Below are positions 13,416 to 26,680 of a DNA stretch of 64,000 bases, in pieces. The notes beneath the pieces are model-generated. The model had not been told where the DNA came from and made no database searches. It saw only the letters and a program-made list of their open reading frames with translations. Origin of the DNA: Lama guanicoe (Eukaryota); the NCBI GenBank assembly GCA_013239625.1, contig MU054323.1, positions 10,137,186-10,201,185 of the forward strand. Reading direction: 5' to 3'. The translations under genes and the position numbers were made by a program. Within the stretch, counting starts at the first letter, position 1; every line of letters begins with the position of its first letter.

Positions 13416-13509
13416 ATACTTAAGAGAGGTTGCAATGTGAATGACAGGGATGGATTGACAGATATGACTCTTTTACATTACACTTGCAAATCTGGAGCTC
13501 ATGGTATTG
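13416..13509 (+). CDS. CLIP4: CLIP4 exon 4 (ILKRGCNVNDRDGLTDMTLLHYTCKSGAHGI), ankyrin repeat
   Basis: ctcag| acceptor and G|gtaagt donor; ankyrin motif. Confidence 0.96.
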
Positions 13510-14610
13510 GTAAGTATGTGGTAAACCTGTTAGTGGTTTAAGACATCTTTCTTTGTGGTTGTGTAAGCTATGTTCATGCCAACCGGAGCCCTTGGGAGGG
13601 CACCTAGCTGATGATAATAATATTCCCTGAATAGGTGAGGATTAAGTTAGGTCCTCCACATACCTCGTTTCCTTTCCTCCCGTTTTTCCCACGGGTTCTT
13701 TATAATTTCCTGGTGCCTCCTAACTTTTCTGGAACAGGCTTCATGCCTGCCTGCTTGCTAGGTGAGAGTAACTGGTAACATGTAGAACCTTCCTGAGAGT
13801 TTACAGCAAGGTTTGACAATCCATGCTCAGTTTCTCAGGCTTCCCAATCCGTACAGAACCTACTCTTTAGGTCTAAGGTCTGTTCCTACATATATAACAT
13901 ATGTGCATAGTTGCCAAAATTGGTGTTCTCCTATGCTTTACCGTGTTTTACACCTGCCTCCTACTTAACTGTATATTGTGAACATCTCTTCTGTAGTCTG
14001 ATATAGTGCTTCTTAAACTTTTGATGGTGAAGGACTCTTTTTTTCCTTCCTGCAATCCATCATAGACTGATATTTTTGTAAAATAAGATAAAAATGTGTT
14101 TATAATAGAAAAATAAAGACATACAATATGAGCCCAGATGTTTTTCAAAAGCATAAAATTACATTTCAGTTAATATATTCAGAAGAAATGATTGCATAGG
14201 GAAAAAGAAAAGAATTATAAAAGGTACATACTGCAGGTTGGGGCTGGCATTGGTCCACAGAGTGTACCCTGTGGAGCACAGGTCTAGTGCACTGGTTTTA
14301 ATGGCTCTGTAGTATTCCATTACATGGATGTCTCATAATTTATTTAACCAATGTCTTATTATTGTACTTTTAGGTTGTTTCAGAATTTTACTCATAATAA
14401 AAAGTGCTGTGATGAACATCTTTATAGCTAAGTGTCGATCATATCCCTGAATATGGTCATTTTCTTAGAATAAATTCCTTGTGACCTTTTTGAGGTGTAA
14501 GAGTATTCAAGATGCTGTTTGCTTTGGCTTTTTAAATGAGGTAGTAGATGGCCATCCATTAGAACTTAAAATCTATACTGAAGAAAAATAATTTAGAAAA
14601 CCTTCTCTAG

Positions 14611-14772
14611 GTGACGTTGATACAGCTGTAAAATTTGCAACTCAACTCATTGATCTGGGAGCAGATGTGAGTTTGCGGAGTCGCTGGACAAATATGAATG
14701 CTTTGCATTATGCTGCTTATTTTGATGTCCCTGAGCTTATAAGAGTGATTCTGAAGACATCCAAACCAAAAG
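14611..14772 (+). CDS. CLIP4: CLIP4 exon 5 (GDVDTAVKF...LKTSKPK), ankyrin repeat; ends in a GC donor
   Basis: ctctag| acceptor; donor AAG|gcaagt. The phase matches exon 6 (G+AT = Asp). Confidence 0.93.
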
Positions 14773-14942
14773 GCAAGTACTATAAGATCACCATTAGATG
14801 TTATTAATTGAAGACTTTATTCATGGCAAAAAAAAATTATAATTCAAAGAGATGTTTAATTCTAATCCTTCTTGTTCCATGTGACCTCCTATCCCATTTT
14901 ATTTTTCATAGTTTAAATTTTCTTTATTGAAAATTAGTTACT

Positions 14943-15021
14943 GAAAAATTGTACTGAACACTGGAATTTGACACAACACTGTAAAATGATTATGAATCAA
15001 TAAAAATGAAAAAAAAAAAAA
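14943..15021 (+). mobile_element. Young, extremely 5'-truncated L1 3' terminus with poly(A) tail
   Basis: Perfect 14-bp TSD gaaaattagttact at 14929-14942 and 15022-15035; L1-type end (tttgacacaacactgtaaaatga...caataaaa) and an A tail. Confidence 0.85.
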
Positions 15022-16014
15022 GAAAATTAGTTACTATCCTTTCACAAAAGACCTAGTACAAAGAGACACAAAATAAAGTGTTCTCTGGGTATTAATATCT
15101 CTGTAAATTCCCCACTATAACATGGATTTTACAAAGTGTATTTGAATCTATGTATAATTTTTTTCTTATTTGAGTAACCAGAAATAGAGCAATAAAACCT
15201 GCAGAGCTAAGCATTGAAATCATAAAAAATATTTATTTTAGGTGGCATTCAGTTCTGAAATTCAGTGATTCCATTAAAGGATGATTATTTTTAAATTTCT
15301 TTTCCCTCCTGTCTTGATGTTATCCTAAAATTGAACATTGTAATGTCTAAATCACAGCCCTGGTATTTTGATGTTCTCTCTGGGTCATCTCAGGGGGGCA
15401 GTTTTCTTTTGAGAAAGAAACAAGGGCTAGTGCAGTAGCATTGCTTTAAGTTAAAGGCTGTATGCAGTGTTTCTCCATTTGTAGAAGACTTGTTTTGGAG
15501 ATTTAGTAGATAAGTTTCTCAGAATGTTTGTTTCTAACCTCTGCTTTGTGTAATTGTCCATTTCCTCTTCACCTTTTTACTTTTTCACTTTTTGAATAAT
15601 GTTAGTCAGAAGGTCTCTCTTGATAGTACAGTGTCTTTAATAATTCAGGGGGGGATTGTCCAGAGCATGTCTTGGTTGTTTGGAGTTGTAGGAAGGGCAT
15701 GTGGACTGGTGTGGTTTAGATTAAGGTAGGATCAGCAGAACCCAGAGGCATATTAAACCCTTGTTAGGAAACATTCAAAATGAGACTTCCAAATCTGTAA
15801 GATTTCCCGTGTCTATGTATAACATCGTGATGATTTGTTGAAAGTTATTAAAATGTTCCTAAAATTGCAGAATTCCCATTCTTATTGTCAAGTGCAGATT
15901 CATTTGTAACATAAAGTGTTGTGAATGAATACAATATGTAAGCATGGAGCATATGTTTAATTACTCTTTAACTTATTCCTGGTTGAGAATTCTGCATATT
16001 TGTTTTACCTACGA

Positions 16015-16225
16015 ATTTTTCTGCAAAGAGGCAGATAGTAAATATTTTGGGCTTTGTGGACCACATGGTCTGTGTTGCAGCTACTTGATTCTAAAGTTGT
16101 GGCATATGCATATTCTCTGTGGCTACATGCCACATGTATGGCTGTGTTCCAATAAAAGTTTATTTACAGAAACAGATGGTGAGTTGGAGTTGGCCAATAG
16201 GCCATGGTTTGCTAGTCCCTGACCT
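16015..16225. mobile_element. MER58A-like hAT element
   Basis: cagatagtaaatattttgggctttgtgg...gctgtgttccaataaaagtttatttacagaaacag. Confidence 0.7.
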
Positions 16226-16558
16226 CCCTACTATGTCATTATAGTTGTCACAGCACATATGCAAGAGGTTTAATGGAAGTGTGTTAAGATATTTCCTTTT
16301 ATAAATATGAATTATTGCCATTAATTGCTTTTAAATATAGTTTAGTTTGTGATGGTTGGAAAATCCACGATAATATCAGTCCATTTGATGATGAAATTTT
16401 ATTGTACTAAGAAAATAGTGAGTATAGTCCTTCTAGTGGGTTGGTTTAAATGGCCAATAAATACCACTACCCCCCCAATAAACGTAGCCCGTCTCCTTTT
16501 ATGTTATAATAGCTTAATTTAAAATTTTAGTTAGTACACCTGTGATCTTTAATTGCAG

Positions 16559-16677
16559 ATGTGGATGCCACCTGCAGTGACTTTAATTTTGGAACAGCTC
16601 TGCATATTGCCGCATATAACTTGTGTGCAAGTACTGTGAAATGCTTATTGGAGCATGGAGCCAATCCTGCATTTAGG
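16559..16677 (+). CDS. CLIP4: CLIP4 exon 6 (DVDATCSDFNFGTALHIAAYNL...GANPAFR), ankyrin repeat
   Basis: tgcag| acceptor and AGG|gtaaga donor. Confidence 0.96.
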
Positions 16678-17439
16678 GTAAGAGGTTAAATTAAAAGCAA
16701 AAAATATTAAAAGGATTAAAACATCTAACAGTATCTCCCAGTTGAATATGGATGTTATAGAACTCTTATGTGAGCAAATAATTTATATTTTTGTGCTGCA
16801 TATAAAGAATAATGATGGTGAACTTTTTTCTCAAATGCATTAAGGAATAGCAGTGAATTTCAGTCCTTTTATATTAATAAACTTTACAAAATTTTCAGCT
16901 AAGTAAAATGCTCTTGAAAGTATCTTCTTTGAGTTTAAAAGTATCTTTTATTTAGGCTCCTAATACATAGATGAAACATTAGTTGTTAAATAAAAATGTA
17001 TATATTAAAGTTAAATTTCTGTATTTAATCGTATTTTAAATTGTTTTGGAGAGATGTTATATTTCAGACAGGTAAAAGATGAGTATTTAAGAATGAAGTA
17101 AATCTTTAAAATCAACTTAAATGAAAATTTTATTTTTTCGTGGTAATGTGACAGATTTACAAAATTAACAGACTGGGTTGAATTTCATAATCTTCAGATC
17201 CTTTGGTATTTTATTGTTTTCACAAGAGTGGTTCTCCATGTTCTTTTCCCTTATATTGATGACGGTGACTTACTCTGGCAGGAATCCTTAATTGGGTCTG
17301 TGCCTTCCCTTGAAGGGGCAGGGGTAGACAGTGTTACAGAAAGCCCCATCTCTCGCCATCTTTCCCTCCCCATCCCCACTTTCCTGTTTCCTCTCCTCCC
17401 CTTACTTCTTTGTCACTTTTCTCTCTGTTTAAACCCATC

Positions 17440-17820
17440 AATTAGTTAATTAACCCCTCCCCGTTTCCTTCATACCCTAGTATTTACTGAACCCTGGGAG
17501 AAGGCAACAATAAATCTGTTCTCAAATAGAATACAGTCTGGAGGGGAGGATGGACAAGAAAGCAGTCAGCTGTGCTGTAGAGTGTTCAGTGTGTTATGAT
17601 GGAGGACAGGTGGGATGTAGCACAGAGTGTCGTGGGCTTACATGGGAGGGGGTGTCTATCCAAGCCTTGGGAAGGCTTCCTGGCAAAGGTGACATTGAGT
17701 GCTTAAACACAGTTAAGAATTAACCAGATATAGGAGGAAGCTGAGAAAGGCATTTTAGGCAGGGAGAATAGTGTGCACAAAGGCTAGGAGATGATAGTTC
17801 ATTTTGGCTGGAGTGTGAAG
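17440..17820 (-). mobile_element. L2 LINE fragment
   Basis: gggaaggcttcctggcaaaggtgacattgag...ggcagggagaatagtgtgcacaaaggc. Confidence 0.55.
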
Positions 17821-19420
17821 GTGTTTGTTTTTGCTGGTACAGCTGTTGGCAAAACCCCATTTGTGGAGAGAATATTTTGAGTCTAGGAAGATGCAGTGAG
17901 GTATGTCATTGAGGTAAATTACCAATTCAGGCCAAAAGCAATTAATAGATTGCCAAATTGAATGTGTGGGTTGGCAGTAGCCCTTAGATCATAACCCTGA
18001 TAGCCACTGCTTTAGAAGAAAATGAAATTCTGTAATTAATCATGAATAGGTCTTCTTATGTTAATATGACATCATTGTTGTTATTTTTATTTAACTTTTT
18101 TTAACAGAAGTTTTAGTTGCTAAATTTTATATAGGAATTAATAGAAGTCTGTGATTTAACAAAAATCTGAAGTAAAATACTCATCAGGACAGGTTTGTTG
18201 ATTTAAAAAAGTTCTTTCCCTCCCTCTTTTTTCCAAGAGTACATCTGAGTGCTGTAGAGATTTTATTAAATTTTGTAATTTTGCTTTGAAATCTGAAATC
18301 AGAGTAGGTCATCACCATTCCAGAAATTTGATGACATGCCTTCCTACCGTGTTTTTACTTAGGACCAAACTGACTTAAATTTTAAAACAAAACAAAAAAA
18401 ATGTGAGGCACTTGCAAACTAAGTGTGTTCTAAAAGCTTCATTCTTTTATCCATGGGGATCATTTGCAGGTAATTATCAGAGGATAAGAAAAGGGTAAAA
18501 GGTTTCTGAGCAAAAGAATCTTGGTTTTGTCTCACTGAGGGAAGATGATAGTCCGGAATCTTCCTCATAAAGTCTGAGTTTTTGGTGAGGGAGCATAGAA
18601 GAAAGATAGCTTGTTTGAGGGAAGGGCAGCAGGAAGCAGGAGGGCTGAGTCTGGTGGGTCCGGACGTGGATCGCAGGGTCATCTCTGCAGTGACCGTGGC
18701 GGTGGCTCTGAGCGCGCCATCCATGCGTATCTCCCTTGCTAATTCTCCCAGTTGGCAGACTGGAAATGGTAGTCGTGTTTTACTTGCTTAGTTGGTCTCT
18801 CTTGCTACAGTATAAACTCTTACCAGGAAGGATTTTTATCTGTTTTATTCACAAGCTTTTTCTTGACGTGAAAACCGAATAAGGCAATTTTTGTATAATT
18901 GGGTTTTGCTTTTGCGTGCAGATGTTAGTGGGCTTGCCACTGACCATTTTATCTCACTGCAGGGCGATGCCTCCTCTCTTTTAGAGTGCGAGCAGAGTTG
19001 TTTTCTCAATTATAGCCCAAACTTTAGAAGTATTGAAACCATAGATTTTGTTCCTGAAATCTGAGTCATTCCACAAGTGGGCAGGATGGGTCGAGGTCAC
19101 AGAGCCAACCAGGGTGGCAGCTCTGGGAGAGTGGAGGGAATCTCGGATCTTGGGTAGGGAAGCCAGTCAGTCCTGTGACCTCTGTCTCCAGACTTGCCTT
19201 CTCCAAGCCTGTGCAGCCAGGCACGCTGAGCCTGGACCGCATTCCCTACCAGCTAACCTGCACAGTATTCCCTCATCTCCCCGGGCCGCTGCACTGGTGC
19301 CTCTTAGCAGTGAGGCCGTCCCTGACCCCTGTGCATGAATAGCCACCTGTGTTCCTGTGTCCTCTGTTCCCCTTCCCTGCCTTAGTGTTCTCTCTGCCAC
19401 TTTTTACCCTTTGATGTAAC

Positions 19421-19771
19421 ATTTTTTATTTTATTTTTTGATTTATTTTAATTAAAGTATAATAAGTTTAAAATGTTGCATCAATTTCTGGTGTACAGCA
19501 TAATGTTTCAGTCATACATATATGTACATATATTCCTTTCCATATTCTTTTTTGTTATAGGTTACTACAAGATATAGTTGAATATAGTTCCCTGTGCTAT
19601 ACAGTAGGACCTTGTTTATATATTTTATATATAGTAGTTAGTATCTGCAAATCTCAAAATTCCCAATTTATCCGTTCCCACCCCCTTTCCCTTGGTAACC
19701 GTAAGTTTGTTTCCTATGTCTGTGAGTCTATTTCTGTTTTGTAAATAAGTTCATTTGTATCTTTTTTTTTT
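19421..19771 (-). mobile_element. Lineage-specific L1 3' UTR fragment
   Basis: Poly-T start, then atttctggtgtacagca...gaatatagttccctgtgctatacagtaggacc...ctatgtctgtgagtct. Homologous to 42513-42640. Confidence 0.8.
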
Positions 19772-20049
19772 AACCATATGTTTTATTGTTTTATTTGCAT
19801 GATTGTAGTCTGTGTCTGTCACCAGGCTGTGTGCTTTTTGAGGGCAGGGCTTTTTTTTTGTTTGTTTGTTTCTTCCCTGTATGTCTTTAGCGCTTAGAAT
19901 GGTGTGTGGCATCTAGTAGACGTTCAGTAAATACTCTTTAATAAATAAATGATGAATGAAATTAAATTTTTTCCAAAAATAATTTTAGGTGACTGTGCAG
20001 AGCTCTAAGCAGATAGGACCTGAGAAGATTCTCTTCTGTTTATTTGTAG

Positions 20050-20286
20050 AATGACAAAGGGCAGATCCCTGCCGACGTTGTCCCAGACCCAGTTGAGATG
20101 CCCTTAGAAATGGCCGATGCTGCGGCAACTGCCAAAGAAATCAAGCAGATGCTGCTCGACGCGGTGCCTCTGTCCTGTGATCTCTCAAAGCCTTTGCTTC
20201 CAAATTACGATCGGGTTACTAGCAAGGCGATGCTGACGTCACTTGGCCTGAAGTTGGGGGACCGTGTTGTTATTGCAGGACAGAAG
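20050..20286 (+). CDS. CLIP4: CLIP4 exon 7 (NDKGQIPADVV...LKLGDRVVIAGQK)
   Basis: tgtag| acceptor and AAG|gtacag donor; overlaps ORF 20098..20295; begins CAP-Gly 1. Confidence 0.96.
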
Positions 20287-21299
20287 GTACAGTAGGTGGC
20301 TGCGGTCTCTAGAGCTATGTCCGGGGTCATTACGTGGCCTGCACTCCCAGGAGGCATACAGTGTGGTTTTGAGGTTGTTGTTCTTTCTTTTTTTTTTTAA
20401 GTTCAATATGTAGGTAGAAAGATACTTAATGGGAAATGTGAAACTTCAAATCACGGTTACTGTAAAGTATAATTTAAGAAGTTAAGCTGTTCGAACTTAA
20501 TAATGGAAACATCTTTGTTTGAATGGGAGAAGCATGGAGTACAGCCAAGCTGCCAAGTAAATTCGGAGACACCAGCCGGGAAGTCCTCCGGCCGCAGTGT
20601 TCTTGCATCCCTCCTACCCCGCACCCCCCAGTCTTCAGCGGCGCTGCTCCCACTGCGCAGAAGTGGAGCAGAGGCTACCCTCACCCTTCCTGGGTGTTTC
20701 CCTTCCTGACCCCACAAACAGAGAAGTCTTAGGTATGATTTTAACCTGGTAATAAAAATGTATATGGAAAAGGGGACTCCCCACGCCACTGAAGGTGCTC
20801 CAGACACCGCTTTCTCCAGAGCCTCAGTTTCCGGATGGCATTCACCTGTTGCCACTCTCTCTTTTAAAGTACCTTATATTGGGGGATGGAGTGCTGCTGC
20901 TTTTCTCTCTTTGTTTAAATTTTGGGGTCAGTTGAGAGCTTGGTGTGGAGACTAGAACAGGGAATTGCTGCTTGCATGTGGAATTCTAACATGGTTATAT
21001 CTACATATTGGGGTGACTGTGGGGAGGGTGATGCACTTCTCTCAGAAAACACTAAAATTAGAAGTTTGATTTACTAAGGCAATTGCTTCAACAGGGAAGT
21101 TAAGCTACAAACTGTTAGTTTGAGAATGACATGTACCAACTTCCACATGAATACATTCACAGACACTTGTTTGTTTTCCATTGTCCTGTCTGTGGAGCTA
21201 AAGTATCAAGAAACGATGAATGCATAGCATTTCCCCCCACTAGGATTAATATTCAGCTTCTTTTAGTGTTCCTGTCCTGTGTCTGAGAATGCACTTGTT

Positions 21300-24000
21300 T
21301 TATTTTACTTTTTATTTTGAATAATTTAAAGCTATACAAAAGTAGGAACATACAATGAACACACATATACCTGTCAGCAGGGCTGACTTCATCATCGCAC
21401 AGTCAGCCTTGTTTCATTTGTCTTCTCTCAGTCTGTTGCTTGTCTTTTCATTCTCTTAGGAGTGTCTTGCAAAGAGTAGATGTTTTAAATTTTGATGAAG
21501 TCTATTTTACTAAGTTTTTCTCTTATGGCTTGGGTGTGTAGAAATCTGAGAAATTTTCTACTATGTTTTCTTCTAGGTGTTTACAGTTTTAGGTTTTATA
21601 TTTAATTTTGAGTTAATTTTTGGAGAGAGTGCTCGGTGTAGATAGAGTTTGTGTGTTTCTTTTTCCCTCTCTGTCTTGAAATGCTGCCCTTGCTCCTTTG
21701 GCAGGTAACCACGTGAGTGTGGGTCTATTCCCGGATTTTGTTCTGCTCCACTGATCTCACGATTATCCTTTCTTCAGTCCTGCCCTGTCGTGATTGCTGA
21801 GGCTGTGTAGTAGGTGTTGCAGTCAGATAGTGTTAGGCCTTCATTTTTTTTCTTTCTTTTTTTTTTAGGTTCCTTTGCCTTTCCGTGTACATTTTAGAGT
21901 CAGCTGAAAGAGGTTTACAAAAAAATCCTGCAGAGATTTTTGAATGGGTTGTGTTAAACATAGACCAGTTGAGGAGCACTGACATACTAAAAATATTGAG
22001 ACTTTGAATCTTAAACACAATATATCTCCTATTTAATAGGTATTTGGTTTATTTCATCAAACTTTTGTAGTTTTTAAGCATACAGGTATCACACATACTT
22101 TGTTAGATTTATACCTAGGTTTTTCATGCTCTTTGGTGTTGCTGTAAATGCAACACCATGCATTTACACAAATGGCATGCTTGAAATTTCATTTTCCAGT
22201 TGTTCATTGCTAGTATACAGAAATACAATTGCTTTTTGTATATTGGCTGTATATCCTGCTACTTTGCAAAATTCATTAGGTCTGCTGACCTTTTTTCGTA
22301 GGTTCTTTGAGATATCTTACGTAAATAGCCATGTTGTCTGTGAATAGAGATAGTTTTCTTTTCAGTCTGTATGCATTTATTTTCCTTGCCTTGTTTCGTT
22401 GCCGTGGACCTTCAGTATAATGATGAATAGGAATGGTAAGAGCCAGCATCCTTGCCCTGTCCCCAGTCTTGAGGGGAAGGCACTCTGTTACTCATCATGA
22501 AGTGTGGCAATTGTTAGCTATAGATTTTGTATAGATGTCTTTTATTAAGTTGAGGAAGTTTGCTGAGCGTTTTTCTGCTTATGTCCAGAGAATAAACCCC
22601 CTCTTCCCACTACCCCTGCCTTTAATTTGTGGATATGATGAATTATACTGATTAATTCTCAAATGTTGAACTAGCCTTGCATTCTCATGATAAACCTCAC
22701 TTGGTCATGCTGTATTGTCCTTTTAATGTATTGCTGAATTTGATTTGCTATTTTGTTAAGGATTATTGTGTTTATGTTCATGAGGGATATTGGTCTATAG
22801 CTTTCTTATAGTGTCTTTGTCTGGTTTTGATATCAGCGTAATGCTGGCTTCATAAAATGAGTTGAGAATGGATCCCTCTGCTTTTATATTCTAGAAGAGT
22901 TTGTGTGGAATTGGGATTTTTTTCCCTTAAATTCTTTGGTCAAATTCACCAGTGAGGCCATCTGGGTCTGTAGGGCATTTTTGTTTTGAAGATTCTTAAC
23001 CACGGATTCAATTCAGGTGTGAGCTTTGACAGTTTGTGTCTTTTAAGGAATTGGAACATTTCATCTAATTTGTCAAATTTGTAGGCATAGAATTATTTAT
23101 AATATTTTCTTATTATGTCTTTAAATGACTGAAGGAATTTAATAGTGTCCTTTTTTCATTCATGATGTTTGTAATTTGTGTCTTCTCTTTTCTTTCCCCT
23201 GGTCTCCAGCTAAAAGTGTATCTTATTTATCCCTCCAAAGAACTAGCTTCTAGTTTCATTGATTTTTCTCTATTGTTTTTCCATTCTTAATTTTTTATCT
23301 TTATTATTTCCTCCTTTTGCTTGCTTTGGGTTTTCACTTTCTAGTTTTGTCAGGGTGGAAGTTTGTATCATTGATTTGAAACCTTTTCTAATACAAGCAT
23401 TTTAATGCTATAAATTTGCCTCTAAGCACTGCTTTTGCTACATCCACAAATTTTGACTTATTTTGTTATCATTTTTATTCAATTGAAATATTTTATTATT
23501 TCCCTTGTGATTTTCTTTTTCTTAAACCATAGGTTGTTTAGAAGTATATTGTTTAATTTCCAAATGTTAAGAGATTTTTCCATATATCTTTCTGTTAGTG
23601 ATTTCTGGTTTAATTCCTTTATGGTCTAAGAGCATATTGTGTATGATTTCTACTCTTTTACATTTGTATTCTGTTTCAGATGGAATATTTTATAAATGTT
23701 AGGCTGAATTGGCTTATAGCTGGTTTCAGTTTTCAGTTTCTTATATCCTCACTGGTTTTCTGCCTGCTGGGCCTATTGATTATGGGGAGAGGTTTGTTGA
23801 AGTCTCCAGCTGTGACTGTGGATTTGTCTGTTTATCTTCAGTTCTATCAGTTTTTATTTCATATGTTTTGAAGCTCAATTGTTAGGTGCATATAGGTTTA
23901 GGATTCTTAGGCCTTCTTGGTCCATTGACACTTGTATGATTATTTAAGGTCTCTTTTTATCCCTGGTAATATTTTCCTTTTTCAGAAGTCTACTTTGAGA
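21300..24000 (-). mobile_element. Old L1 (L1MC/L1ME-like) ORF2 region, antisense
   Basis: Degenerate ORF2 motifs, e.g. FKIQSLNIFSMSVLLNW in ORF 21833..22018, and gttcatgagggatattggtct. Confidence 0.7.
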
Positions 24001-24097
24001 GATTTTTTTTAAAAACTTCCATGATAAAGTTGTAAAAGTAGGACACTTAGAATTACTAGTAATACTCAAAAGTTACTCCAATTTATGTTTTATTTAG

Positions 24098-24233
24098 GTT
24101 GGAACATTAAGATTTTGTGGAACAACTGAATTTGCAAGTGGGCAGTGGGCTGGCATTGAATTGGATGAACCAGAAGGAAAAAACAATGGAAGTGTTGGGA
24201 AAGTCCAGTACTTTAAATGTGCCCCCAAATACG
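24098..24233 (+). CDS. CLIP4: CLIP4 exon 8, CAP-Gly 1 core ([45 protein letters not shown])
   Basis: tttag| acceptor and G|gtaaga donor; CAP-Gly consensus. Confidence 0.97.
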
Positions 24234-24787
24234 GTAAGATTGATATTATCAAATATAATGAGAATTGATAAAAGAGTAAATTTCTATTATTTTAAATTAG
24301 TTTAAAATAAAACTATCTCCCCAGTTACTTACATGATAAAAGCAGGGGCTGCCCTTTTCCGGCTGTGAGCAGTGCTGTGATGGGAGAGGGGGTCTTACTG
24401 GGAGTGTGCCCAGCTCTGTAGACCTTCCTGAACCCTGCTCGTGGCGGGGTCGTGACTGAAGGAGAGATTTTACTCTTTATTGTCAAGGACATAGAGCTCT
24501 GGAGGTTGAGAGACTTGAAAAATTGGAGAAGCAAGTGACACCAACGTGTTTTTACTGTGCTCTGGGGCTGGGATGATTCTTTCTCTGACAAGTGTTTGTT
24601 TAATTTTATATGCTCCCCCCACTTGCTCTCTCTTGCTCTCTCTCGCTCTCACACACACACACCATAACACATTGATTTCAGTTTGCTTTTGTCACTGTGT
24701 TGTGAATATTTTTCCTTGCTGTGAAGTATTTTTGTAGAACATTAATTTCCCTGGTTGCATGGTATCTCATCTTGCGGCTTGACGGGG

Positions 24788-25030
24788 AGGCAGTGTGGTA
24801 TAATGTTGAAGGGCGTGGGCTTTGGCGCCTGACTGCTTGAGTGTGAATCTGCTGCTCTGCCTACCAGCTGTGGGACCTTCTTTCTCTTCTTGTGCCTCAG
24901 TTTTCTTCTACAGAATGAGGGTAACAATACCTCAAGAGTTCATGTGAGAATTAAGTGTGTTGATAAATATGTAAAGCACCTAGAATAGTGGTTGGTTCCC
25001 TGTAAGCACCCCCTAAAATATTAACTATTT
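24788..25030 (+). mobile_element. MIR SINE
   Basis: gaggcagtgtggtataatg...tgtgcctcagttttctt...agcacctagaatagtg. Confidence 0.7.
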
Positions 25031-25789
25031 GGTAACTTATAAATTTATCAAAATCACTAGTTTCCTTTTGTTATACAAAGGGAGCCTCATTTTTGAGTCT
25101 ATGTTTCAAAATTTTTTCTTTATTAAAAATATCCCATTGTATTAGATTTAAAAAACATTAAAAAAAAGGAGAAAGAAAGAAAATAAAATCACCTGTATTT
25201 TTTTCTGCAAAATTTGGATTGTATATAGTTATATATTCTACTTTTTTGGTTGCCATTCTATTATAATTCCCCCAAATCTTTAAACATTGTTTGAAAATGT
25301 GATTTTTAATGGCTTCATTTCCTTTAATTTTTCCAATTTGATGGGTGAAAATTTCTGTTTGAATTCATATTTCTCTGTGGTGAAATAAAACATTTAAAAT
25401 GTTGCATTGTAGTATATGTATTTTTTGTTATCTTGGCAATTGCCAAAAAATAATTATTCATGTTGTATGTCCATTAAAAATTGGGGTTATTAGTGGGTTT
25501 TTTTTAAATAAGAGTTTTTAAAAATGTAAATACATATCTAGAATGTTATGCCCTTATATTTGTTATAGGTATTTTTGCCCAGTTTGTCATTTGACTTTGG
25601 ACTTAATTTGCAGTGTTTTTGGACATACAGTTTTCTGTAGTTAAAAGATTTTTCCTTTATAGTTTCTTACCTTGCTTCTATGCTAAAATAGATAGTTCTT
25701 CCTAATCCAAGGATTAGTTACAGGTTATATATTTTTTTTGAATGTTTTAATTTTTAAATACTATATTATTTAATCAATTTGGAGTTTAT

Positions 25790-26200
25790 TTGCATGCAAA
25801 GTTCATAGTTTACCTTAAGGGGTTCACTCTTTGTGTCATACATTCTGTGGGTTTGGACACACGTATAGTGACGTGTGTTCGTCACTGCTGTATTATAGGG
25901 TATTTTCACTGCCCTATTCATCCCTCCTCACCTCAGCCCCTGGCAACAGTTGGTCTTTTTTCTGGCTCCATAGTTTTGTCTTTTCCAGGATGACAATAGC
26001 TGGATTCATATGGGATGGAGCCTTTGCAAGTTGGCTTCTTTTATTTAGTGATTTGCATTTAAGTTTCATCCATGTCTTTTCATGGCTTGATAGCCCAGGT
26101 CTTTTTAGCATGAAAATATTCCATTGTCTGGATATACCACAGTTTAACTAGTCATCTACTAAAGGGTATCTTGGTTACTTCTCAGTTATGGCAATTATAA
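25790..26200 (-). mobile_element. L1MC/L1MD-like 3' end
   Basis: ggggttcactctttgtgtcatacattctgtgggtttggac...tattccattgtctggatataccacagttt. Confidence 0.65.
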
Positions 26201-26539
26201 AAGTTTTATAATAATTTTAAATACTTGGTAATACCATTTTTATATCTTCTAATAATCACCAAAGTGAATACATATACCTAGTTTAATAAGTCAGATTGTA
26301 TTATAATACTTGTTAAAAATAACTACTAAACCCTCCCCTGTCTTGCTCTTTGTGACCCTGAATCCTGCTCTTTATAGGCAAGAAGTTTTTTGACTTCTTT
26401 AACTGTGTCTCTCTCCTGGGCACCCGGTAGACACTGTGAAAGCCCTTAAGGATTTATAATAAGAATGGTTGTACTTGTCCCTTTATTTGAAATGCTCTTA
26501 ATTGTTTAACACGAACTGAAACTCTGCATTCTCCCTTAG

Positions 26540-26680
26540 GTATTTTTGCACCTCTTTCAAAGATAAGCAAAGCAAAAGATCGAAGGAAGAATATAGCACA
26601 CACTCCTTCTACAAAAGCTGCACCTCTCATCAGGGCCCAGAAAATTGACATAGCTCACGTAACATCAAAAATAAACACTG
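26540..26680 (+). CDS. CLIP4: CLIP4 exon 9 (GIFAPLSKISKAK...VTSKINT)
   Basis: ccttag| acceptor and G|gtaagt donor; GIFAP completes CAP-Gly 1. Confidence 0.95.
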
